Source: Bacteroidota bacterium
GTDB lineage: Bacteria; Bacteroidota; Rhodothermia; Rhodothermales; Rubricoccaceae
NCBI GenBank assembly: GCA_039208155.1
Contig: JBCCRG010000001.1
Span: 1-31,365, forward strand
DNA length: 31,365 bases
Reading direction: 5' to 3'
Every line of letters begins with the position of its first letter. Position 1 is the stretch's first letter. The notes beneath the pieces are model-generated. The model ran no database searches. It was not told the origin of the DNA and worked only from the letters and a program-made list of their open reading frames with translations. The position numbers and the translations under genes were made by a program. Below, one piece after another: positions 1 through 8,014 of the stretch.

Positions 1-492
1 CCGGATGCCGAGCGCGCTCACCTCGCAGACCTGGCGCAGACGGCCCGGGGTGTCGTGGATGACCTGCGCGATGCCATCTGGATCGTGGACGCCGGGCACG
101 ACAGCCTGCCTGCGCTCGTGGCCCGGCTCGAGCAATGCACCGAGTCGATGCTGCGTGGGCGGCGCTACGCGTTCCGCTGCCCCGATGCGCTGCCGCCCGT
201 AGCGCTCGGGATGGAGGCGCGAAGGCATCTCTATCTGCTGTTCAGGGAGGCACTCCATAATGCGGTCCGCCATGGGGACCCCAAGTATGTCGAGGTCGTC
301 GTGCGGTATGTGTCGGGTCGGTTCCACCTGAGTATTGTGGATGACGGGGGGGGCTTCGAACTCGCAACGGCGCAGCGCGGCCGAGGGCTCACGACCATGC
401 AGACACGCGCCGAAGCACTCCGAGGTACGCTCGACATCGATAGCACGGTGGGGGGCGGAACGACCATCTCGCTCCAGCTACCTATGGGCTAG
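1..492 (+). CDS. Sensor histidine kinase, C-terminal HATPase_c part (5' end outside window)
   Basis: The frame is open from base 1. EALHNAVRHG (N box), IVDDGGGF (G1), GRGLTTM (G2) and STVGGGTTI are typical of NarX/UhpB-type kinases. Lies next to a LuxR-type regulator. Confidence 0.85.
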   Translation, partial: PDAERAHLADLAQTARGVVDDLRDAIWIVDAGHDSLPALVARLEQCTESMLRGRRYAFRCPDALPPVALGMEARRHLYLLFREALHNAVRHGDPKYVEVVVRYVSGRFHLSIVDDGGGFELATAQRGRGLTTMQTRAEALRGTLDIDSTVGGGTTISLQLPMG

Positions 493-694
493 AAGAAGGT
501 CGTTACTTCAAGTTTGAGGGGGCATTCGTGTGGGAGAGGGGCACACACCAGCTGACCGCTGGGAAGAGAGCAGACGGGACGATCTCGCGCGAACGCGGGA
601 TGGGGGAGCGCGCGCTCAAATCGTATCGTTCGTGCACGAACAGCCACGGGGTCGCCTCCATTCGAGCGTCCCTTCCTCACGTCCTCTCACGAGC

Positions 695-1357
695 ATGGCC
701 CTGTCTAAACCGATCCGCGTCTGGCTCGTAGAAGACGAGGAAGACTACCGCGAGACCCTTCGTGTACTCTTGGATCACACCGATGGCCTCGAAGCAACGC
801 AGGCATTCGGAAGTGTGGAGGCGGCGCTCGCCTGGCTGGACGTGGGGGCGAGAACAGCGCCAGAGGTCATGCTGCTCGACGTGAACCTCCCGGGCATGGA
901 CGGCATCGAGGGGGTAGGAGCGCTGAAGACGCGTCTGCCAGCCACGCGCATCGTAATGCTGACCATCCGCGACGACGCGGACACCATCTACGACGCGCTC
1001 GGGGCAGGCGCTTCAGGCTACCTCGTCAAGAACGCCAACGTCGACCAGATCATCGCAGGGGTGAAACAGGCGTACGAGGGCGGGATGCTTATGCCAGCGC
1101 CCGTGGCCAGGAAGGTAGCGGCCTTCTTCCAAGATCGACGGACGCCAGCGGATTACGGGCTTACGGAGCGGGAGCGGGAGGTGCTCTCGGAAATGGTGCA
1201 GGGCTATTCGCAAAAAGAGATCGCCACGCGGTTGTTTGTAAGCCGCCACACGGTGAACACGCACGTGCAACACATCTACGAGAAGCTGCACGTGCACTCG
1301 GGCATCGCAGCGGTCGCGAAGGCTGTGCGCGAACGCCTCGTCGATCTCGACGTCTAG
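695..1357 (+). CDS. NarL/FixJ-family response regulator (REC + LuxR HTH)
   Basis: VWLVEDE, LLDVNLPGMDG, IVMLT and GYLVK receiver motifs, plus LTEREREVL...TVNTHVQHIYEKL HTH. ATG 695 chosen over the longer track start at 530. Confidence 0.9.
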   Translation: MALSKPIRVWLVEDEEDYRETLRVLLDHTDGLEATQAFGSVEAALAWLDVGARTAPEVMLLDVNLPGMDGIEGVGALKTRLPATRIVMLTIRDDADTIYDALGAGASGYLVKNANVDQIIAGVKQAYEGGMLMPAPVARKVAAFFQDRRTPADYGLTEREREVLSEMVQGYSQKEIATRLFVSRHTVNTHVQHIYEKLHVHSGIAAVAKAVRERLVDLDV

Positions 1358-1389
1358 CGGCGCTCTCCTCGCGGCAGAGGCTGGGCAGG

Positions 1390-1881
1390 CTAGGCGAGAT
1401 CGAGCGCCAAGCAGGGGCGCTGGAACGTCACCCCGCCCCGCTCGACGACCTCGGTGCCCACGAGGACAAACCCGGCGCGTTCGAAGACGGGGCGGCTGAA
1501 CGCGCTGGCCTCGGTGTGCAGTCGGTGCAGCCTCGCTCGCCGCGCACGAGCGATGACTTCAGCGAGGAGCCGCTGGCCGTGACCCTGACGCATCCGGTCG
1601 GGCCGCACGTACAGGGAGGCCACATGCCCGTCTGGGCGCCATCCCGCGAAGCCTACCGGACCGTTGTCGTCCTCCAAGACCAGCGTCTCCGGGCCTAGGA
1701 TGAAGGCGCGAAAGCGAGGTAGATCGGCCGTCGAGGCCCAGGCGGCGACCTGCGCGGGCGTGTACGCAGACGGCCCGCACGCCCGTGCGGCGTCGCGATA
1801 GAGCGCGGCGAGCGCGGGCACATCCGCGGCAGTGGCTGTGCGCAGGCGGGGCTTTGCTCGCAGAGTGCGTTTGTTGCTCAC
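1390..1881 (-). CDS. GNAT-family N-acetyltransferase
   Basis: LYVRPDRMRQGHGQRLL acetyl-CoA-binding motif and TEASAFSRPVFERAGF C-terminal motif. Confidence 0.85.
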   Translation of the reverse strand: MSNKRTLRAKPRLRTATAADVPALAALYRDAARACGPSAYTPAQVAAWASTADLPRFRAFILGPETLVLEDDNGPVGFAGWRPDGHVASLYVRPDRMRQGHGQRLLAEVIARARRARLHRLHTEASAFSRPVFERAGFVLVGTEVVERGGVTFQRPCLALDLA

Positions 1882-2396
1882 CGCACTGGGACGCCTGCGT
1901 CGCGCGCCGCGTCGAGCAACGTGTCCTTCACTTCCTGAACGCGCTCAAAACTGAGCTCGCTGAACGCGATCGGAAGCCGCAGTCCGTCGGCAGTGACGAG
2001 CACGAGCGAGGTCGCCTGCTGCTCGATGGCCACGAGATCGCTCCACGCGAGCTGGTGCTCCTTACGCTCGTGTTGCAAGGTCACGCCGTCAGGCCGGATT
2101 GCCAGGAACGGTCGCAGCGGCGAGCGCCCGAAGAGCCATCGTCCGGCGTGCACGTTGAACGCCGTGAGCAAGAAGGCGACGCCGAGGATGACGTTGACGT
2201 AGACGAACAGCTCGGTGTGCCAGCCGTCGGTCACGAATTCGTAGACGCTGAGCACGAGCAGCAACGAGCCTAGGCCCCCGTAGGCCAGGCGGACAGCGCG
2301 CCGCTGCTGCCAGTCGTCTGGGGCGGGGCGTCCTTCGAGGGCACGCCGGGTGTCGTCGAGGTAGAAGCGAGCTTCGTCGGGGCGGGTGGTTGTCAT
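1878..2396 (-). CDS. Hypothetical membrane protein (two TM helices then a PH-like segment)
   Basis: ATG at 2396; two hydrophobic stretches; overlaps the GNAT start by 4 bp, which suggests translational coupling. Confidence 0.6.
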   Translation of the reverse strand: MTTTRPDEARFYLDDTRRALEGRPAPDDWQQRRAVRLAYGGLGSLLLVLSVYEFVTDGWHTELFVYVNVILGVAFLLTAFNVHAGRWLFGRSPLRPFLAIRPDGVTLQHERKEHQLAWSDLVAIEQQATSLVLVTADGLRLPIAFSELSFERVQEVKDTLLDAARDAGVPVR

Positions 2397-2540
2397 GACA
2401 CAGAGACGAGAATCCAACGATGATGTTGTGTATACACGCGGATGCCACGTAAGGCCCCCTCGCTCTACTCGATTTGCTGTCTGTACCGTGGAACACGTCC
2501 TTGAGGGCAATACCGGTTAGGCACTCAGCAGCAAGACCGA

Positions 2541-4532
<1,992 letters not shown>

Positions 4533-4557
4533 TCAACCAGGGGCACGCGTGGACCGT

Positions 4558-4645
4558 GAAGCCTCCCTACGCCGGTACGAACCGGATCAGGTGCAGAGGG
4601 ACTCTCTCAGCCGCTGCGCGAACGCGGGCGGCACCCCTGGCTTCC
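4558..4645 (-). promoter_or_regulatory. TPP (THI-box) riboswitch aptamer
   Basis: Minus strand reads GGAAGCC-AGGGGTGCC...GCTGAGA-GAGTCCCT-CTGCACCTGATCCGGTTCGTACCGGCGTAGGGA-GGCTTC, matching the established THI consensus, directly upstream of thiC. Confidence 0.95.
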
Positions 4646-4753
4646 GCCCGAATCTACGTCGCACTACTCGGAATGACACGTGCGGACGGGCAGCCCCGAG
4701 ACGGCTGAACGGAGGGTGCTACAAATAAAGAGTCATATTTATTGACGCCGGTG

Positions 4754-4782
4754 TTGACACGGTCCCGGAGGTTCCCTATACT
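4754..4782 (+). promoter_or_regulatory. Sigma70-type promoter facing the tRNA/RNA-repair block
   Basis: TTGACA (4754-4759), 17-bp spacer, TATACT (4777-4782). Confidence 0.7.
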
Positions 4783-5006
4783 AGAAGCCCTGATGCCACG
4801 CGCCCTGCGCGCCTGACCAATCCCAACACTCCCGTGCTGTCGTCCAATTTCCATAGCCTCTGCCGACTCGGCTCTGCCACGCCCCAGGCGTGGTTGGAAG
4901 GCAACGCGCCTGTCCTTTTCCAGGGCGGCTCGTTCCCGATGCCGAGTGGGGTTGATGCACGCTACCCCCGAGGTGGGCTGTGTCCGTAGGTACGTTGTGC
5001 CTCCAC

Positions 5007-5044
5007 GCCCACCCGCCTCGGCTCCGCGCTCAGGTGGGTTTTTT
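5007..5044 (+). terminator. Candidate intrinsic terminator/attenuator in the leader
   Basis: CCCACC (5008-5013) pairs with GGTGGG (5033-5038), followed by T6 (5039-5044). The loop is long (about 19 nt). Confidence 0.45.
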
Positions 5045-5331
5045 ATGCGCAACTGCCTCATTTCGAGCGTTTGAATACGTCTTGCCTGCAGCGCGATCCC
5101 TCCCAGCTTCCCATTTGACCGTCCGCCCACCCCACGACCTATGCCCGACGATAGCGCCTGCTAGCTCCGCACACGGTGCTTCCAAGCCGCCGCGTTTATC
5201 CGGAGCAGCCTCACTCGCCTCGCCCTGCCCGGCACCTTCCGTGTCGTGTCCCGATTGCCATCGCGACGATCAGGAGATACTGCGGGTAGCCTGTACCCTC
5301 GCTCGTCTCGAACGGGCGATTTAGGTAAATT

Positions 5332-5349
5332 TGTGCAAATTAATGCACA
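5332..5349. promoter_or_regulatory. Palindromic operator-like site in an AT-rich patch upstream of the array
   Basis: TGTGCA-AATTAA-TGCACA, about 80 nt before the first scaffold RNA. Confidence 0.4.
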
Positions 5350-5431
5350 TATTTGTTCATTGAAAGATTGATCGCTTCGCTGCACGAACGACAGGCGTGC
5401 GCCCCGTAAGGCGCATGTCCGTCCCAACAAC

Positions 5432-5559
5432 GTGCGGCCCCGCGCCCCCATGCTCCGAGCGTACATACTTGGTCATGCCATGCCACAACCGGCGTGGAAG
5501 GGTTCGACTCCCTACGCCTGCCTTGGCAGGCCGCTCGGCGGACTTGCGCGGTGCCGTAC
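5432..5559 (+). ncRNA. Y-RNA-like scaffold element Y1 (T-arm insert)
   Basis: CCGCGC 5440-5445 pairs with GCGCGG 5546-5551. CCGAGCG 5455-5461 pairs with CGCTCGG 5532-5538. TACATAC 5462-5468, GACTT 5541-5545 and a T-arm AGGG-TTCGACT-CCCT at 5499-5513. Confidence 0.6.
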
Positions 5560-5595
5560 CGCTTCTCTGGAGACGCCCGTCTCGCCGGAAGCAAC

Positions 5596-5668
5596 GGTCT
5601 AGTAGCTCAACGGCTAGAGCACCCGGTTGTCTGCCGGACGGTTGCGGGTTCGAATCCCGCCTGGACCG
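5596..5668 (+). tRNA. tRNA-Asp(GTC)
   Basis: Acceptor GGTCTAG/CTGGACC, D-arm GCTC/GAGC, loop TT-GTC-TG, T-loop TTCGAAT, G73. CCA not encoded. Confidence 0.85.
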
Positions 5669-5670
5669 CT

Positions 5671-5792
<122 letters not shown>

Positions 5793-5805
5793 TTCCTTGC
5801 AGCCC

Positions 5806-5970
5806 CAGCGCGCCCCAACGGTTCGAGCGTACATACGTCCTTCCAAAGGGGGATTGCAGGTTCAAGTCCTGCCGGGCCCTCACATGGGCCCGTAGCATAA
5901 TTGGTAATGCACCAAGTGTGTGGCCTCACGGCTCGTCCGTGGAGCCGCCGCTCCAACGACTTGCGCGCTG
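5806..5970 (+). ncRNA. Scaffold element Y3: circularly permuted tRNA-like RNA (YrlA-like)
   Basis: CAGCGCGC/GCGCGCTG terminal stem and TACATAC 5830-5836. Order is anticodon-like hairpin, T-arm GCAGG-TTCAAGT-CCTGC (5856-5872), closed acceptor CGGGCCC-TCACAT-GGGCCCG (5873-5892), TA, D-arm GCAT-AATTGGTA-ATGC. Confidence 0.75.
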
Positions 5971-6026
5971 ATGACTGCTTCGTGCTATAAACTTTGCAAC
6001 TCAGATAACTCTAGAGTGCAAGGTAA

Positions 6027-6098
6027 ATCCCTGAAGGCAAATGGCTAGCTGCCACGCTCACATCGTGGAGATAGTAGGTTCGATTCCTACCGGGGATT
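6027..6098 (+). tRNA. tRNA-Val(CAC), non-canonical (A8, U73)
   Basis: Acceptor ATCCCTG/CGGGGAT, anticodon arm CCACG-CTCACAT-CGTGG, T-arm GTAGG-TTCGATT-CCTAC. Confidence 0.7.
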
Positions 6099-6109
6099 CG
6101 ACACAGAAT

Positions 6110-6181
6110 GTCCCTGTAGGCGAATGGCAAGCCGCCACGCTCTCAACGTGGAGATTGCGAGTTCGAACCTCGCCAGGGATA
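6110..6181 (+). tRNA. tRNA-Glu(CTC)
   Basis: Acceptor GTCCCTG/CAGGGAT, anticodon arm CCACG-CTCTCAA-CGTGG, T-arm GCGAG-TTCGAAC-CTCGC. Confidence 0.88.
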
Positions 6182-6211
6182 CTGCTTTCTTCGGGAAGCT
6201 CTGCGAGCAGC

Positions 6212-6357
6212 ACCGCGCCCACACGCGGACGGCGTACACACTCTCACCAGCGGGCTTGCCCGCACCAACGAAGGGAGCGCTCCCGAGTAGAGCGCTGCAA
6301 GTCGGGCCCCTCAATAGCCGACACGCCGCAAGGCACCGCCGTATGGACTTGCGCGGT
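6212..6357 (+). ncRNA. Scaffold element Y4 (non-tRNA multi-hairpin insert)
   Basis: ACCGCGC 6212-6218 pairs with GCGCGGT 6351-6357, and ACGGCG 6229-6234 with CGCCGT 6337-6342. TACACAC 6235-6241 and GACTT 6346-6350. Internal hairpins include GCGGG-CTTG-CCCGC and AGCGCTC/GAGCGCT. Confidence 0.6.
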
Positions 6358-6393
6358 TCACGCTCGCACTCGGCACCTCGTGCGTGCCACCCT

Positions 6394-6470
6394 GCACCGG
6401 TAGCCCAACTGGAAGAGGCCCGTGGCTCAGAACCACGTCAGTGGGGGTTCGACTCCCTCCCGGTGTACCA
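6394..6470 (+). tRNA. tRNA-Leu(CAG) with a short variable region
   Basis: Acceptor GCACCGG/CCGGTGT, A73, encoded CCA. Anticodon arm CGTGG-CTCAGAA-CCACG; variable region only TCAGT. Confidence 0.88.
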
Positions 6471-6493
6471 CGTCAGCTCCGTGCTGACGCCCT

Positions 6494-6570
6494 CTGGAGC
6501 TAGCTCAAGTGGATAGAGCACCGGCTTTGGGAGCCGGGGGTTGCAGGTTCAAGTCCTGCGCTTCAGACCA
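6494..6570 (+). tRNA. tRNA-Pro(TGG)
   Basis: C1-G72, A73, encoded CCA; CCGGC-TTTGGGA-GCCGG; T-loop TTCAAGT. Confidence 0.93.
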
Positions 6571-6710
6571 CGATGCCGACCTGCGAAGGTCGCCGTCAGC
6601 GCGCCGTGCCATGGGGGACACGGCGCACGCGCCCGGCCACCAGCGGCGGGTGGGGAGGTCTCCCCGCCGTGGCCGGGCGCCTGGTCAGCGGTGCCCACCG
6701 GCACCCACTC

Positions 6711-6781
6711 CGGACCGTAGCTCACCGGTAGAGCGGCTGGCTGAAGCCCAGCGCGAGGTGGTTCGATTCCACCCGGTCCGG
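6711..6781 (+). tRNA. tRNA-Phe(GAA), atypical G73
   Basis: CGGACCG/CGGTCCG; GCTGG-CTGAAGC-CCAGC; GGTGG-TTCGATT-CCACC. Confidence 0.82.
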
Positions 6782-6816
6782 CATAAGCCAACCCATGTGT
6801 AGCGAAGCGAGCTCCA

Positions 6817-6889
6817 CGGGTCGAAGCTCAAGTGGAGGAGCACCTGGCTACGAACCAGGAGGCTGCGAGTTCGAGTCTCGCCGACCCGT
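6817..6889 (+). tRNA. tRNA-Arg(ACG), atypical A8 and U73
   Basis: CGGGTCG/CGACCCG; CCTGG-CTACGAA-CCAGG; GCGAG-TTCGAGT-CTCGC. Confidence 0.85.
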
Positions 6890-6910
6890 CTGAGCCGTCG
6901 AGGCTCACCA

Positions 6911-6981
6911 GACGATGTGGTGCAATGGCAGCATGCCTGGCTTCCAACCAGGGGATGCGGGTTCGAGTCCCGCCGTCGTCT
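6911..6981 (+). tRNA. tRNA-Gly(TCC)
   Basis: GACGATG/CGTCGTC, U73; CCTGG-CTTCCAA-CCAGG; GCGGG-TTCGAGT-CCCGC. Confidence 0.9.
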
Positions 6982-6983
6982 CT

Positions 6984-7054
6984 GTGACCGTGTTGTAACG
7001 GTAGCATGATAGGCTGTGTCCCTGTCGGTGTGGGTTCGAGTCCCATCGGTCACC
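6984..7054 (+). tRNA. tRNA-His(GTG), G-1 not encoded
   Basis: GTGACCG/CGGTCAC, C73; ATAGG-CTGTGTC-CCTGT; GTGGG-TTCGAGT-CCCAT. The preceding base (6983) is T. Confidence 0.85.
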
Positions 7055-7138
7055 AAAGGCTGAGCGTCCTTACTGAGGCAAGTGCACCGAAAAGAGCTGT
7101 TTCACTGTCGGGCTTCGACCATTTACCTCAGCAAAAGA

Positions 7139-7211
7139 ACGCTTGCGATGCGGGGCATCCTGCTGGTCTCCAAAACCGGCAGCGCGGGTTCAACTCCTGC
7201 CAGGCGTGCCA
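7139..7211 (+). tRNA. tRNA-Trp(CCA) with a truncated D-loop
   Basis: A1-U72 acceptor ACGCTTG/CAGGCGT, G73, encoded CCA. GCTGGT-CTCCAAA-ACCGGC; D-arm only ATGC-GGG-GCAT. Confidence 0.75.
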
Positions 7212-7216
7212 GGCGC

Positions 7217-7309
7217 TGGCCCGTAGTTCAATCGGCAGCAACGTCGGACTTTGACTCCGGAGATACAGGTTCGCCCTCACACAAATAGACAGGGCTGTCG
7301 GGCCATCCA
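7217..7309 (+). tRNA. tRNA-Gln(TTG) with about 17 extra nt in the T-loop
   Basis: U1-A72 acceptor TGGCCCG/CGGGCCA, encoded CCA, TCGGA-CTTTGAC-TCCGG. T region is ACAGG-TTCG-CCCTCACACAAATAGACAGGG-CTGT (34 nt versus the normal 17). Confidence 0.7.
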
Positions 7310-7324
7310 ACAACTTCAGTCCCT

Positions 7325-7400
7325 TGATCCATAGCTCAATTGGTAGAGCAGCGGTCTCTTAAACCGCGGGGTGCAGGTTCAAGTCCTGCTGGGTCAACCA
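7325..7400 (+). tRNA. tRNA-Lys(CTT)
   Basis: TGATCCA/TGGGTCA, A73, encoded CCA; GCGGT-CTCTTAA-ACCGC; T-loop TTCAAGT. Confidence 0.93.
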
Positions 7401-7406
7401 ACCCGA

Positions 7407-7501
7407 TGGTCCATAGCTGAATGGTAGAGCGGCGGCCTGTTAAGTCGCAGGGTGCAGGTTTACTGCGTGAACCTGCGGTTTGAATCCTGCTGGGCCAGCC
7501 A
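7407..7501 (+). tRNA. tRNA-Asn(GTT) with a 20-nt T-loop insertion
   Basis: TGGTCCA/TGGGCCA, G73, encoded CCA; GCGGC-CTGTTAA-GTCGC. T-stem GCAGG/CCTGC encloses 27 nt (7459-7485). Confidence 0.75.
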
Positions 7502-7511
7502 TCAGCACTAT

Positions 7512-7582
7512 TGCGGCTTCGTCTAGCAGCAGGACGCCCGCCTCATCAGCGGGAGGCCCCGGTGCGATTCCGGGAGCCGCGA
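7512..7582 (+). tRNA. tRNA with CAT anticodon (Met, fMet or Ile2 not resolved)
   Basis: TGCGGCT/AGCCGCG, A73; CCCGC-CTCATCA-GCGGG; atypical T-loop TGCGATT. Confidence 0.75.
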
Positions 7583-7592
7583 CTAGAAAAGT

Positions 7593-7672
7593 AATGCCGT
7601 GACGCTGTGAAGCCGTGTGGCCGTTGGGTTTCGTGCACAAGACGGCAACACAGCCACACGGCAACACCGCAG
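7593..7672. repeat. Imperfect hairpin built from short repeats (copy E1)
   Basis: GCCGTG-rich left arm, central TTGGGTTTC (7624-7632), CGGCAAC/CACACGG-rich right arm. Confidence 0.5.
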
Positions 7673-7684
7673 CACTCACCAGCA

Positions 7685-7769
7685 GGAGCGTCAATCCGAT
7701 GGGCGACGGAGGTGGTCTCGAAAACCGCTGAGCCGCAAGGCCTTGGGGGTTCGACTCCCTCACGCTCCG
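7685..7769 (+). tRNA. tRNA-Ser(CGA)
   Basis: GGAGCGT/ACGCTCC, G73; GTGGT-CTCGAAA-ACCGC; long variable arm; T-loop TTCGACT. Confidence 0.9.
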
Positions 7770-7793
7770 CCGACAACGACAACACCCAAAACT

Positions 7794-7877
7794 GGACAGC
7801 TAGACCGGTAATGGTATCCGGACCTGTCTGTAAAACAGGTGCCTTGTGCCTTCGAGGTTCGACTCCTCGGCTGTCCA
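7794..7877 (+). tRNA. tRNA-Tyr(GTA)
   Basis: GGACAGC/GCTGTCC, A73; CCTGT-CTGTAAA-ACAGG; long variable arm; CGAGG-TTCGACT-CCTCG. Confidence 0.9.
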
Positions 7878-7925
7878 CACCACCCACTGAGATACTGCCA
7901 CACCGAACCACTGAAGCACCGATAA

Positions 7926-8014
7926 GGAGGGGAGCCGGATGACGGTTCGCCGGAGCGGTCTGCTACACCGTCTGCCGCCAGGCAGCGTGGGTTCGACTCC
8001 CACTCCCTCCGCCA
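7926..8014 (+). tRNA. tRNA-Ser(GCT)
   Basis: GGAGGGG/TCCCTCC, G73, encoded CCA; GCGGT-CTGCTAC-ACCGT; variable arm CTGCC-GCCA-GGCAG; A8. Confidence 0.88.

Noticed and set aside
530-694. N-terminal extensions in the ORF track for the response regulator (also rtcB, DIP1984, tsaB and EF-G)
   Set aside because: Family homology begins at downstream ATGs (695, 10976, 12573, 24688, 25003).
4724-4743. AATAAA-N8-TTTATT inverted repeat between the divergent promoters
   Set aside because: Only 6-bp AT-rich arms, which could be chance.
5300-5440. Sigma54 (RtcR-type) promoter for the repair genes
   Set aside because: No TGGCAC-N5-TTGC was found here, and there is no rtcR or rtcA gene in the window.
5975-6026. 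Possible degenerate tRNA (TTGCAA, or a CTA amber-suppressor-like triplet; GGTAAATCC as a T-loop)
   Set aside because: It folds only as a simple hairpin (TTGC-A-ACTC...GAGT-GCAA). The ATCC is the start of tRNA-Val, and there is no cloverleaf.
7060-7136. Possible tRNA remnant (CTGAGG/CCTCAG ends, TTCGAC)
   Set aside because: No coherent D, anticodon or T stems could be built.
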